IMG/VR virus record: IMGVR_UViG_3300042508_000910
Strand: one strand, 5' to 3'
DNA from: a virus
DNA: 64,000 bases
Part shown: in pieces, positions 18,137-28,736 of the stretch
How the letters are laid out: each line of letters opens with the position of its first letter
Position numbering within the stretch: position 1 is the first letter of the stretch
Program-made: the position numbers and the translations under genes
Notes under the pieces: generated by a model
What the model was told of the DNA's origin: nothing
Database searches by the model: none
Seen by the model: only the letters and a program-made list of their open reading frames with translations

Positions 18137-19275
18137 GAAGGAATAAGTTTTTTATATTTATCAAAAAGATAATCTGTAATTTTAGGATTCTCTTCCAGAT
18201 ACTTTCTAAAGTTATCCATTCCTTGATGCTGTTTGGATAATTCTAATCCAGCATCTTTTAATTCTTTTATGAGATCATCTCCAACTGTAATCCATGCGCC
18301 TTTAGCTGTAACAAATTGCCAAGCAATTAGCTGATCAATAATCTCATACTCTCTCCAAATAGATGTTCCATTTTTACGTCCATATTTGATAGGATATTCT
18401 ACTTTATGATTTGTAGTTTCATTCGTAGACTTTTTAATGATTAACTTTGCCGTATGACCAATGATTTTATTTTTGACTGGGTCATACTTTTCGTTTGGCT
18501 TTTCGAGAATAAGATCTTTATTAAAGCGTGGTTCAAATTCTAATATCCAATTTGCAAAATGCAATAAAGCATTTCCTCCTGTAGCTGTAGTTTGTCTAAT
18601 ATCTTTATTAGCAGCATATGGGTCAAGTTTAATATCTGACCTTACTTGACTAATAAATATAGCCATATGACCTCTTTTGGCTAGAGCGATTGACATCTTT
18701 TTCATGAGGACAGAAGATATTACTGCTCCTCCTGCTACTTTAGTTGCATCTGATAAAGTTTTAACAGAATCATTCTTTGGCATGAGTCCATCTACAGAAT
18801 CTAAAATAAAAAGATATCTTTTATTTTCTGGATTATTTTTGACAAGATCTAGCATAAGTTCAGATACTGTCTCAAATATATTAGATTCAAATACAAAACA
18901 ATTGCCATCTTTCCATTGATCTGGATTTGTAACATATTCAACACCAGATCTCTCTTGAATCTCTTTAGATAATCTTCCTTCTGCTTTGATTAATATGCCT
19001 CTTGCATTTGGAACTGTTTTTAAAAAGTTCTTCATAACCTCTAAAGCTTCAGAAGTTTTTCCTCCTTCATTCATTCCTAGAAATCTATGTAATCCTGGAC
19101 AAAATCCGCCACCCATTACAAAATCAAGATTTAAACTACCAGAAGAAACTTTATAATAAGTCTCTTCCTCAAAGTTATAATGATCTTCTTTGTTATCCTT
19201 TAAAAAGGCTTTAAGCCTATCATTTGATATAGGCCCTTGACTAACTTCTTCTGTTACTGTTTTTGTTCTAGCCAT
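18133..19275 (-). CDS. recA: RecA/UvsX-like recombinase
   Basis: SSGSLNLD, GMNEGGKTS, ILDSVDGL, FISQVR, TGGNALLH. Confidence 0.9.
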   Translation of the reverse strand: MARTKTVTEEVSQGPISNDRLKAFLKDNKEDHYNFEEETYYKVSSGSLNLDFVMGGGFCPGLHRFLGMNEGGKTSEALEVMKNFLKTVPNARGILIKAEGRLSKEIQERSGVEYVTNPDQWKDGNCFVFESNIFETVSELMLDLVKNNPENKRYLFILDSVDGLMPKNDSVKTLSDATKVAGGAVISSVLMKKMSIALAKRGHMAIFISQVRSDIKLDPYAANKDIRQTTATGGNALLHFANWILEFEPRFNKDLILEKPNEKYDPVKNKIIGHTAKLIIKKSTNETTNHKVEYPIKYGRKNGTSIWREYEIIDQLIAWQFVTAKGAWITVGDDLIKELKDAGLELSKQHQGMDNFRKYLEENPKITDYLFDKYKKLIPS

Positions 19276-19606
19276 TTAAAAACTCCTTTAATGTTTTTAT
19301 TTTTTTTACTACAATTTTATCATTCCCTATTTTGTTATCTTCTAAATTATAGGTATTTTTTGATTCATTGTCAAGTATAAATGATTGTTTTTGGTTTAAT
19401 AGGTATTTTTTACCATCAAAAGAAAGCAACCAATCTAAAGATTTAAGGTTTTTTGATTTTACCTTGAACCAGAAGCTGGAATTTGGTTCGAATTTTATTA
19501 ATTTTTTCGCTTGACTTATTTCGTAACCCCAAGGTATATTCTTTGATTTTACGAATTTTTTCACGATAAAACAACACAATTTGTGTCCAGATAAGGTGTT
19601 TCTCAT
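19268..19606 (-). CDS. Hypothetical protein (probable start 19606)
   Basis: Coupled to recA; TTGAAA-17-TAAACT at 19618-19646 upstream. Confidence 0.55.
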   Translation of the reverse strand: MRNTLSGHKLCCFIVKKFVKSKNIPWGYEISQAKKLIKFEPNSSFWFKVKSKNLKSLDWLLSFDGKKYLLNQKQSFILDNESKNTYNLEDNKIGNDKIVVKKIKTLKEFLNG

Positions 19607-20471
19607 AGTCAAATAAGAGTTTATCATACTTTTTAAGATTTTTCAATACATATTTTGGACAATTATTTCTATTCAATAAAACTCTAGAAAAAGATTCTCC
19701 AGAATTTAAATCGTTTGACTTTCCATTTTTTATATTATCTTCTATTAAAATGGCATCATTATTTGGCCATTTATTATTTTCCTGATGAGAATAAGAGGAT
19801 ATTTTATATAAAATATCTTGAATATCTTTATAAAAATATGAATAATGCCATCCTGCATCGTTTAGTATAAAACATTCATCTTTAGGAGTTTTTGTTCTAA
19901 GATTTTGCATAGTTGATATATTATTTTTTTGAGTAATAATTGGGCTAGTTGATTTATTTGTGCCATTCATTTTATTATCAAATTTATAGAAATAATTATC
20001 TAAACTTAAACGTATATACTTTCTATTATTTTTATATATTTCATAAAAAGCATCTATAACCTTACTTTTCCTAGGAATTTCATCTAAATCACTTAAAATA
20101 ATTAAATCTTTTTCTGAACTATTTATTGGAAGAAATGGCAAATTAAGACCTTCCATTATTTTATTTCTTTGAAATGTTTCAGTTTCCCATGGATTTGGAG
20201 ATCTGATAAAATCATTGTTCTGGATATATATTATTTTATGATTAAATTTTTTTATTTTTTCTTTGTCTAAGATAAATCCTTTTCCATTTTTTGTAAATGT
20301 GCTACTTGATTCAACAATAACAAAAAAATCAACAACAGAATTTAATTCATTTAGTCTAACTTCTAAAAGATCGTTTTCATTAAAAAATAAAAAACAATCA
20401 TATATTTTAACAGAATTTCTATTGTTTTTAAAAAAATGATATTTTTTTACTTGTTCTAATAAATTTATCAC
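19443..20471 (-). CDS. GT17 (MGAT3-like GlcNAc transferase) glycosyltransferase
   Basis: DCFLFFNENDLLEVRLNEL, WETETFQRN, SDLDEIP, GWHYSY. Confidence 0.85.
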   Translation of the reverse strand: MINLLEQVKKYHFFKNNRNSVKIYDCFLFFNENDLLEVRLNELNSVVDFFVIVESSSTFTKNGKGFILDKEKIKKFNHKIIYIQNNDFIRSPNPWETETFQRNKIMEGLNLPFLPINSSEKDLIILSDLDEIPRKSKVIDAFYEIYKNNRKYIRLSLDNYFYKFDNKMNGTNKSTSPIITQKNNISTMQNLRTKTPKDECFILNDAGWHYSYFYKDIQDILYKISSYSHQENNKWPNNDAILIEDNIKNGKSNDLNSGESFSRVLLNRNNCPKYVLKNLKKYDKLLFDYEKHLIWTQIVLFYREKIRKIKEYTLGLRNKSSEKINKIRTKFQLLVQGKIKKP

Positions 20472-20478
20472 GTAATAT

Positions 20479-21531
20479 TTACACGTTAGATTTTATATCT
20501 GATTCTACCATTCTTTTTACAAGATTGTCAAAAGATATTTTTGGCGCCCAATTTAATTCTTTTCTCGCCTCCGAAGAATCTCCCAAAAGTAAATTAACTT
20601 CTGCAGGTCTATAAAATTTAGGATTCACGATCACAAGTGGTATAAAATTTCCATCTTCTTTTTTAAGATAAAAAGCTTCATCTTCGTCTCTTCCATCTCC
20701 AGTATAAATCCAATGCCCTTCTATATTTATTGTTCGAAACGCTTTTTCAATGAATTCTCTAATGCTATGCGTTTCATTGGAGGATAAAATATATTCTTTA
20801 GGTTTTTCTTGATTTAACATTAACCAAATACCTTCTATAAAATCCTCCGCATGACTCCAGTCTCTTTTTGCATCAAGATTTCCTAATTCAATAGGGCTAA
20901 ATTCTTTATTATTTTTAATTGAATGATATATTTTTGCAACACCTTTAGTAATTTTTCTTGTAACAAATTCTTCTCCTCTGCGTTCACTTTCATGATTGTA
21001 TAGAATAGAATGAATTGCATATAAATTGTAAGAATCTCTATAGACTTTGGTAATATGCCTTGCCGCTGCTTTAGCTGCACCATATGGGCTTCTAGGACGA
21101 ATTGGATGTTTAAGATCTTGTGGACTATATAATACATCACCCATTTCTTCACTAGATCCTGCAGAATAAAATCTACATTCTGGTGAGTATTTTCTTATTG
21201 CCTCTAAACATCTAAGAACTCCTACGGCGGTTGCATCAAAAGTTTGTAAAGGTATTTGCCAACTACTTCCAACGAAAGATTGCGCTGCAAAATTTACAAA
21301 AAAATCTGGTTTTATTTCTTTAACTATTTCATCTATAGAATTGCTATCAGAAAGATCAGCTATTAGCATTTTAAATCTGGAATTATTTAAATTATGTTTA
21401 ATATTTTCTAAATTTGGGTTAGAACTTCTTCTTCTAACTCCATAAACCATATAGTCTGTATTATTAAGCATATAGTCTACCATATATGAACCATCTTGAC
21501 CTGTAACACCTGTTATAATAATTTTCTTCAT
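20479..21531 (-). CDS. gmd: GDP-mannose 4,6-dehydratase
   Basis: ITGVTGQDGSY, AAQSFV, PRSPYGAAK, NHESERRGEEFVTRKI, FYRPAEV. Confidence 0.95.
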   Translation of the reverse strand: MKKIIITGVTGQDGSYMVDYMLNNTDYMVYGVRRRSSNPNLENIKHNLNNSRFKMLIADLSDSNSIDEIVKEIKPDFFVNFAAQSFVGSSWQIPLQTFDATAVGVLRCLEAIRKYSPECRFYSAGSSEEMGDVLYSPQDLKHPIRPRSPYGAAKAAARHITKVYRDSYNLYAIHSILYNHESERRGEEFVTRKITKGVAKIYHSIKNNKEFSPIELGNLDAKRDWSHAEDFIEGIWLMLNQEKPKEYILSSNETHSIREFIEKAFRTINIEGHWIYTGDGRDEDEAFYLKKEDGNFIPLVIVNPKFYRPAEVNLLLGDSSEARKELNWAPKISFDNLVKRMVESDIKSNV

Positions 21532-22700
21532 AATTTATTAAGTCCTTTTGTTAAAAATAAAATCTGTTCTTTTTTTAGATTTGAATATAAGCCTACATAA
21601 AATCCAAAATTATGAATATATGTTGAATTTGGATAGTCCTTAGTCTTATCGAAAAAATCTTTGTAGCAAGTTTGATATCCTAAATACCCAGATATAATTG
21701 GTCTATACTCTATCTTATTAATTCTGCAGAATTCAATTGCTCTATAATATAAATCTTTATCATTCTTCTTAATTATAATTGGTAAACAAAATGGAACGTC
21801 TTCTTGTAGCTCTCGTTCCTCTGGAAGAAAAAATTTATTTAAATTTAAATTAGATTTATATATATCATATAGTTCTTTTCTTCTAAAGGTATATTTTTTA
21901 ATTCTCTTAAAATCTAATTCGCCTATATAAGCATTTAGATCTGTATTTCTAAAATTATTTCCTAGAGAATAGAAATCAAATAGTGAGTCTACTTTGGGGT
22001 TGATGTATTCTTTATTATTAATGCCATATGTTAAGAGACTCCTTGTCATTCCGTGATTTCTATTCATTAAAAAGTATTCATATTCTTTTTGAGAGTTTGT
22101 AAAGATAAATCCTCCTTCTATTGATTGTAATTGATGACCAAAATAAGTTGATGTAGAAGATGTAAAGTAACTAGATATATTTTTACTATTATAGCTACCT
22201 AGCGTATTTTCACAATTATCCATCATGATGTTAATATTAAATTTTTTCTGCAACATTTTATAGAAATCAATATCAATTGAGTAACCTATTAAGGATGTTG
22301 GAAATATGCAAGCGATTTTTTTATGATTGCTTTTGACAAAATCTAAAAGCTTCTTTTTATCTAGAGAAAAATTATCTAAAGATATATCAATAAATTTTGG
22401 GGTCATGCCTTCTCTAATCCAAGGAGAACAAGAAGTTTGCCACGTTGTTGATGGAAAGATTACAATTTTCTTTGTTTTAGTATAAATATTATCTTTGATA
22501 TACATTGACATTAAAGTATTAGCTGTAGATCCGCTTGAAACAAATACGGCATATTTTACGCCTATAAAATTTGCCATGTTTTTTTCAAATGATTTTACAT
22601 GAATATCTTGTGTCCATCTATTTTTTGGATTAATGATAAAACTAGATATTTTTAATCTATCTAAAAATGTAAAATTATTAATATTAAGTGGCCAATTCAT
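21528..22700 (-). CDS. DegT/DnrJ-family PLP enzyme, ColD/RfbH-type 3-dehydratase
   Basis: FVSSGSTAN, DNCE, STYFGHQLQSIEGG with His at the usual Schiff-base Lys position; adjacent to gmd. Confidence 0.8.
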   Translation of the reverse strand: MNWPLNINNFTFLDRLKISSFIINPKNRWTQDIHVKSFEKNMANFIGVKYAVFVSSGSTANTLMSMYIKDNIYTKTKKIVIFPSTTWQTSCSPWIREGMTPKFIDISLDNFSLDKKKLLDFVKSNHKKIACIFPTSLIGYSIDIDFYKMLQKKFNINIMMDNCENTLGSYNSKNISSYFTSSTSTYFGHQLQSIEGGFIFTNSQKEYEYFLMNRNHGMTRSLLTYGINNKEYINPKVDSLFDFYSLGNNFRNTDLNAYIGELDFKRIKKYTFRRKELYDIYKSNLNLNKFFLPEERELQEDVPFCLPIIIKKNDKDLYYRAIEFCRINKIEYRPIISGYLGYQTCYKDFFDKTKDYPNSTYIHNFGFYVGLYSNLKKEQILFLTKGLNKL

Positions 22701-23733
22701 GTTGATTTAGATGTTTAACTAAGTTTTCTGCGGTATATTTCCACTTCCATTTATCTATAATAGCAGTTCTTGTATCTATTTTTCCATAAAAATTCCAATT
22801 AGAATATATATTCTTTAAAAGATCAGCATATTTCTCAATATCAAAATCATAAAATCTAGGTTCCTCTGAATAACCAAATGAACCATAACAATTTAAAAGT
22901 CCCCAATAATTAACTAATTCATTTAATTTATCACCAATATTTATTTCATTAGACGGTTTCAATAAAATTCCATAATCTCTATTAATTAAAACATTAGTCG
23001 GTTCAAAATCTCCTGTAACACACAGACAGTTGCAGGCTGACATTTCGTGCAATGGAAAACCCCACGAAGTCATTCTCAATAAGTTTAATCCTACATGAGA
23101 GGAAGAATACATATCTCTTATTTCTTGCCTTGTTAATCTTTTGGTAATATATTCAATGTTAGATCCTTTATTTTTAAGCTCTTGTATTCTAGTCTTTAGA
23201 GTATCTACATTAGTATTTGTATCTTTTATTATAAGTCTAACATTCTTATTGTTTTGAAATGCTATATGAAATGCTTGAAGCGTTAAGTCTAGACCAGATC
23301 TAACGTTACTGCTATTTACATGTATAAATGTAAATATATTATCTTTCGGTAAAGTCTGATGCCAAAAATCAGTATCACATCCGCAGTGTAATGTTTGACA
23401 GTTTATTCCTTCTTTTAAATATAAATTAGTAATCTGATTGCTCATTCCAAAAATAATTTTGTTTTGATCTTTTAACATTTGAATATGAAAATTTGTAATT
23501 TTATTTATTGTTTCCCAAACAGTTATATAGAATGATTTTTTATCTTTATATTGTTGATGAAAATTTAAACTAGATGGGAATCCTATATATTTTGCAGAAT
23601 CTTGATCAGAATAAAATCCAATTTCTTTAAGTCCTTGATTTAGTCCATAATTAATTACAGAGAATGATCCATGATTATCTTTAAAAGTTGGGTCTGAGTA
23701 AAATCTTGGATCTTCTTCAAATAAATGTATCAT
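22684..23733 (-). CDS. GT4-like glycosyltransferase
   Basis: TVWET, RSGLD, TSWGFPLHEM. Confidence 0.75.
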   Translation of the reverse strand: MIHLFEEDPRFYSDPTFKDNHGSFSVINYGLNQGLKEIGFYSDQDSAKYIGFPSSLNFHQQYKDKKSFYITVWETINKITNFHIQMLKDQNKIIFGMSNQITNLYLKEGINCQTLHCGCDTDFWHQTLPKDNIFTFIHVNSSNVRSGLDLTLQAFHIAFQNNKNVRLIIKDTNTNVDTLKTRIQELKNKGSNIEYITKRLTRQEIRDMYSSSHVGLNLLRMTSWGFPLHEMSACNCLCVTGDFEPTNVLINRDYGILLKPSNEINIGDKLNELVNYWGLLNCYGSFGYSEEPRFYDFDIEKYADLLKNIYSNWNFYGKIDTRTAIIDKWKWKYTAENLVKHLNQHELAT

Positions 23734-23737
23734 ATTT

Positions 23738-24757
23738 TTAATTTAGTATTTGATTAATAATATTATATAAGCTTATGGCACTTTTTTCCCATGTAAATTT
23801 TTGCGCCGAAATCGATCCATAAATACTAATTTTATTTCTTAAATCATTGTCATCTAAAAGCTGTCTCATTGAATGTCTAACGCTTTCTTTTACTGGTATG
23901 GCCCAATAAGGTTGTTTTGGATGCATTGATGGATCAAATAAATGATTTCTTAATCCTATAGAATTTAAATAATTAATATCAAAGTTTGTAAATGGCTCTA
24001 GATTAAATTTAACATGTATAGCAGAAAAATCATGAGTTGTATAATCTCTAGGTCCAGCATATGGAATAACGATTAAAGGAGTTCCAGTACTCATACATTC
24101 AATAGTCCTTAAATTCCATGTGCTAGTTTTATTTAAACAGATTGCTATATCTGCTTCATAATAAATATCTTTTTCTTGTTCAAAATTTTCAAGATGTCTA
24201 TCATCGTGAACAATCTCTACATTAAATTCTCTTGCTTTTTCTTGAATCCATGTCTTGAAAGTTGAGCTTGATTCTCTATCTCTTATGTAAAGTTTTACTG
24301 ATTTTGTATTTTTAAATTCTTCACAAAAATTTTCCACAATCAATTCTAGTCCTCCTCTTGAATTGGATTCCCCAATCCCTAATATAGTAAATTTATCTTT
24401 CTTATATTTTTCTTTGAATTTCCAAATATCTGAATCTACCCCTAAATTAAAATAATCGCATAAATTTTTTGGATATCCTGCTTCTAATATAAAATTAAGA
24501 TTATCTTTTGACACACCAAATATTGGTATTGGATGAACATTATTAAATATAAAATGTGGAAATATTAATTCATAAACAATAATCATTGCATCTGGATTAT
24601 GCCCATGTTTATTGCCTATACAATCATAAACTATTTTATAACCATCTTTAGAATAAATTCCTAGTTTTTCTGCAGATTTATTTAAATTAGAGATAATAAT
24701 ATCACTACTTCTATAAGGTCTATTATTTGGATCTCCTAAAACTTGAATTTTTTTCAT
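23738..24757 (-). CDS. GT4-like glycosyltransferase
   Basis: LGVD, RGGLE, STWNLRTIECMSTGTP, FTWEKSA. Confidence 0.75.
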   Translation of the reverse strand: MKKIQVLGDPNNRPYRSSDIIISNLNKSAEKLGIYSKDGYKIVYDCIGNKHGHNPDAMIIVYELIFPHFIFNNVHPIPIFGVSKDNLNFILEAGYPKNLCDYFNLGVDSDIWKFKEKYKKDKFTILGIGESNSRGGLELIVENFCEEFKNTKSVKLYIRDRESSSTFKTWIQEKAREFNVEIVHDDRHLENFEQEKDIYYEADIAICLNKTSTWNLRTIECMSTGTPLIVIPYAGPRDYTTHDFSAIHVKFNLEPFTNFDINYLNSIGLRNHLFDPSMHPKQPYWAIPVKESVRHSMRQLLDDNDLRNKISIYGSISAQKFTWEKSAISLYNIINQILN

Positions 24758-25518
24758 TTATATGGATTTAAATCATTAAAATATTTTACTCTGTCTTCTC
24801 TGCTTGTAGCTGGTAAATGTACAATAAAGTCTTCTGATTTAACATCATTCCAATATGCATTCATTTTATTATGCGGAAGAATATTAATTCTAGAAGAATC
24901 AATTTCATTATTTAAAAGAAAATGATGAAATGCTCTTTGATCCCACCAATTAGAACAATCAAAATGAAAATCTTTCTTAGCTAATAAAAATTCTAAAAAT
25001 GATACAGAATCTTTGCATTTTTTAATTAGAAACGTTCCAAGACATGGACCATTAACATTACAAACTGACAGCCAAAGAAATGGATCATTTTTTACTTTTA
25101 ATATTTTATTAGCTCTTTCTAGAGCTGGCATAGAAGAACAATTTATATTTTCATTAGAATGAATCAACACGCATTCATCAAGACTATCTAAAGATAAGAT
25201 ATTTTCAATTCTTATATTCTTATTGTGTATAAAAGCGTCTGCATCCATCCATAAGACATATTCATAATCATAATCTTGTAAAATTCTAGATATTATATAT
25301 ATTTTGTCCCAAGAAATTGGCAAGTTAATAAAGCCTTTTCTCTTATAAAGAAAATCATAATTATTTTCTTTGCAATATCTTAATTTATTTTGTAATGTTA
25401 AATCTCCAATATATTGATGATTATCATCATAAGCTGTATAAACTAAAATTTTTTTTATAGTATCTTCTGGTGTAAAAATACAAAAATTTAGATTTTGATC
25501 TAATTTATTCATTTGCAT
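24754..25518 (-). CDS. GT34 (GMA12/MNN10-like) glycosyltransferase
   Basis: SWDKI, YVLWMDADA, WWDQRAF, DFIVHL. Confidence 0.8.
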   Translation of the reverse strand: MQMNKLDQNLNFCIFTPEDTIKKILVYTAYDDNHQYIGDLTLQNKLRYCKENNYDFLYKRKGFINLPISWDKIYIISRILQDYDYEYVLWMDADAFIHNKNIRIENILSLDSLDECVLIHSNENINCSSMPALERANKILKVKNDPFLWLSVCNVNGPCLGTFLIKKCKDSVSFLEFLLAKKDFHFDCSNWWDQRAFHHFLLNNEIDSSRINILPHNKMNAYWNDVKSEDFIVHLPATSREDRVKYFNDLNPYK

Positions 25519-26323
25519 CTTTTAAAGATCTTAAAATCATCCCTATTCTAAAACTTAAATTTAAATTAGTTTTTAATTGATTATCAAAATATTTTTCTAA
25601 CATTATTTTTAACGATTTTCCATCTCTTTGATCTTCCCAATAAATTTTTATATCATTATTTAAAAACTCAAATTTGTTTATTCTTTTCTCGTATTGATTT
25701 CCAAAATTTGCATAAATTCTATTACTATTATAAGATAATTGCATTGAATAATTTTTATTATCGTCTAAATGAAAACCATTTAAACTCAAAATCTCTGGAT
25801 CAAAAATGTAAAATAATACCGACATTACATGACAACCATAGTCCCATAAAGCTGTATAATCTTTTCTAAATGGGCCTTGACCAGCATTTACAATTGTAAA
25901 ATGATTAAAATTATTATTTATATGACTTTTAACTTGATCTAGCGTAGGATTAAATAAATTAATATAATTTGTATAAAAAATATTTTTATTTTTACCTATT
26001 AATTCGTAAATTTCTTCATATTCTTTATTATTAAACATGCATGGTTTTTCGCATATAACATTTTTACCTTTTTCTAATGCATATTTAGATATATTAAAAT
26101 GATCTTTTGGATGAGTAGCTATAATTACTGTATCAACTTGATCGGTTATAGCATTTTTATAATTATCAGTCCATTCTGCTATTCTAAGCGACTCATCAAG
26201 ATTATCAAAAGTATCTCTACTCAACGAACTTAAATATTTAATATTAATATTTTTAAATTCTTTTAAATTTTTAATATAATTCTTGCCCCATTTTCCAATT
26301 CCTATAATAGATACATTATTCAT
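25505..26323 (-). CDS. Gfo/Idh/MocA oxidoreductase
   Basis: IIGIGKWG, IATHPKDH, VICEKP, WDYGCH. Confidence 0.85.
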   Translation of the reverse strand: MNNVSIIGIGKWGKNYIKNLKEFKNINIKYLSSLSRDTFDNLDESLRIAEWTDNYKNAITDQVDTVIIATHPKDHFNISKYALEKGKNVICEKPCMFNNKEYEEIYELIGKNKNIFYTNYINLFNPTLDQVKSHINNNFNHFTIVNAGQGPFRKDYTALWDYGCHVMSVLFYIFDPEILSLNGFHLDDNKNYSMQLSYNSNRIYANFGNQYEKRINKFEFLNNDIKIYWEDQRDGKSLKIMLEKYFDNQLKTNLNLSFRIGMILRSLKDANE

Positions 26324-26372
26324 AATTTTATTAAAATGGCATCTTTATTATTATTTATAATATCTTACAAAT

Positions 26373-27431
26373 TTAAGATTTATAATTTTCTTTTGCCCAA
26401 TTAAAAAATTTATAGATTCCCGTTTCTAGATCAACCGTTGGAATATATTCTAATTCTTTTTTAGCTTTAGATATGTCTGGACATCTTCTATGTGGTTCTG
26501 TGCTTGGATAGTTATTGGGATATGGTATTTCTATTATGTCACCAGAATAATTCGTTATTTTTTTAACAAGTCTTGCTAAATCTGGTATTGTAATTTCTGG
26601 AGTATCACATCCAATATTATATATTTCACCAGCTCTGCCTTTTATTAAAACTTTTAAAAATCCAATTATTGCGTCTGTTATAAAACAAAAAGTTCTAGTG
26701 TTGTTATTGTTTCCATAAACTTTTAATGGTTGATTATTTAAAACTCCTTTAATAAAATTTGGTAAAACTCTTGTATCAGACTGATGAGCATATGAATATA
26801 CATTAAATGGTCTAATTACTTTGACATTAACATCATGATGAGTATAAAATATATAACTTAAAGTTTCTACAACCATTTTTCCTATATCATAACAGCTTCT
26901 AGTGTCCATTGATGGACATGAACCAATAAAAGTCTCTGGTGTTGGTATTTGATCATCTGGAGGCGTTCCGTAGACCTCTGAAGATGAAAAAGTTATAATA
27001 GACTCTACTGAATGTTGGTATGCAAGTTCTAATACATTTAAAATTCCAGAGTAGCTTACATCTAAAGTTTCTAATGGGTATTTTTTATATACGGCTGGTG
27101 CTGCAATTCCTGCTGCAGCAATTATATAATCTATTTTTACGGAATTTTTTAATTTGGTTTTTAAAGGCTGAGTGATATCATGTCGAATGATTTCTATATT
27201 AGGATCATCGTATATTTTTTCATCTATATCGCTTCCAACAATATAATTATCAACAGATATTATCTTAGCTGGTTTCTTTAAAATATTTTTATTTATAAAT
27301 TGAAAGAAAGCTAAAAAATTTCTACCTAAAAAACCAGATCCTCCAGTTATTAATATAGTTTTTCCTTCAAAACGAAAAATATCGTTTTTAAGACCATTTG
27401 CAATATCTAGAAGATCTTGTTCTGGAATCAT
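26373..27431 (-). CDS. NAD-dependent SDR, UDP-glucuronate decarboxylase (UXS)-like
   Basis: TGGSGFLG, SSSEVYG, RSCYDIGK, RPFNVY, TRTFC, RRCPDI. Confidence 0.8.
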   Translation of the reverse strand: MIPEQDLLDIANGLKNDIFRFEGKTILITGGSGFLGRNFLAFFQFINKNILKKPAKIISVDNYIVGSDIDEKIYDDPNIEIIRHDITQPLKTKLKNSVKIDYIIAAAGIAAPAVYKKYPLETLDVSYSGILNVLELAYQHSVESIITFSSSEVYGTPPDDQIPTPETFIGSCPSMDTRSCYDIGKMVVETLSYIFYTHHDVNVKVIRPFNVYSYAHQSDTRVLPNFIKGVLNNQPLKVYGNNNNTRTFCFITDAIIGFLKVLIKGRAGEIYNIGCDTPEITIPDLARLVKKITNYSGDIIEIPYPNNYPSTEPHRRCPDISKAKKELEYIPTVDLETGIYKFFNWAKENYKS

Positions 27432-27826
27432 TTATTATATAAATCCTTTAGACTATAGTCAACTCTAGTAGTATCATTTTCATAGTTGGCACTTGTTCTA
27501 CTTAATGTACTATAACAATGAAATACTGTTTCTACTGGGAAATACATTTCATGCACAACATTTGGTGGAGTATAAAATAACTCCCCCTCTTTAATAATTT
27601 CCATTGTTATTTTATCTGGATTATCTATTGGTTGTTCAAAATAGTGAATTTCGCCTTTTGTAACAAGACAATAATGTGAATCTGCTTTATGCCAATGTTT
27701 GGCTCTCGTACTATTTGGTTCGCTAGATATAATTGAAACGCTATTAATAGTCTGATTTTCTAAAATCATATCTATTGATCCTCTTGCGTCTTTATATGAT
27801 GGTCCTAGATTAATTTTGGTTTGCAT
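27428..27826 (-). CDS. Cupin-fold NDP-sugar isomerase/epimerase (likely start MQTKIN)
   Basis: DARGSI, RAKHWHK, TPPNVVH; AAGGAG upstream of the ATG at 27826. Confidence 0.7.
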   Translation of the reverse strand: MQTKINLGPSYKDARGSIDMILENQTINSVSIISSEPNSTRAKHWHKADSHYCLVTKGEIHYFEQPIDNPDKITMEIIKEGELFYTPPNVVHEMYFPVETVFHCYSTLSRTSANYENDTTRVDYSLKDLYNK

Positions 27827-28736
27827 TTCTTGGGTTCTCCTTAAGATATTTATTATTCCATGTTGGAGAGCATACAAATGTTTGTCCTTCTGGCACAATC
27901 ATTCCATTGACTCCTCCTCCACATATATGTTCTGATATACTATAATCACATATACTTAAAAATGGAAAATTCTTTGATAAATCTATATTATTTAATTCTA
28001 AATTCATTTCTCCGTATTTTGATACCGTACTACTCATCCATCCGTCAGATGCATTTTTTCTGGTATCATGTGAGACATTTTTATTAAAAGCTCTATCCAT
28101 TCTCCTCCAAAAGTCATTATATTGTATTTTTTTGGATTGTTCAAGATTTTTAATAACTTGTTTGAGCCTTTTCCAATGAAGAATCGTGCAACCGCAAGAA
28201 TTGCTTACTCCTTGGACTTTAATTAATCCAGATTTAGTATTTAAATCAAAAGGAATATAGAGATTATTTCTACTTTTCAAATCCTCACTAAAACATTCCT
28301 TCATTATATCTGGAAATGTTTCATGTGTCTTTTTCCTATCATACATATCTGGGTGATCTGTGCCAGCTATTGCTATAGTATTTTCAGAAGCCTCGAAAAC
28401 ATCTACACAGTCTCTTAGCCAATCTTTTCTCCACACATAATCAGATTCTAGTATACAAGCTATATCCAAATCATCATTTTGATGCATTAAATTGTATACT
28501 CTTTCAAAAGAATATCCTATTCCATAGTTTTTACCATGCAGAAGTAAATTAATAGGAAATTTATCAGAATATTTTAATGAAAAATCTAATAAGGCTTGCT
28601 GCATATTAGGCAAAGATCCATCGTCTATAATCCAAGCTTCATTTGGCTTAATACTTGTATTATTTATAGCCGAATATATTGATTCTCCTAAGATTTTAGG
28701 TCTATTGTATGTTAAAAAATAGAATGCAATATTCAT
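27810..28736 (-). CDS. GT2-like glycosyltransferase
   Basis: LTYNRP, IIDDGS, LESD. Confidence 0.75.
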   Translation of the reverse strand: MNIAFYFLTYNRPKILGESIYSAINNTSIKPNEAWIIDDGSLPNMQQALLDFSLKYSDKFPINLLLHGKNYGIGYSFERVYNLMHQNDDLDIACILESDYVWRKDWLRDCVDVFEASENTIAIAGTDHPDMYDRKKTHETFPDIMKECFSEDLKSRNNLYIPFDLNTKSGLIKVQGVSNSCGCTILHWKRLKQVIKNLEQSKKIQYNDFWRRMDRAFNKNVSHDTRKNASDGWMSSTVSKYGEMNLELNNIDLSKNFPFLSICDYSISEHICGGGVNGMIVPEGQTFVCSPTWNNKYLKENPRNANQN

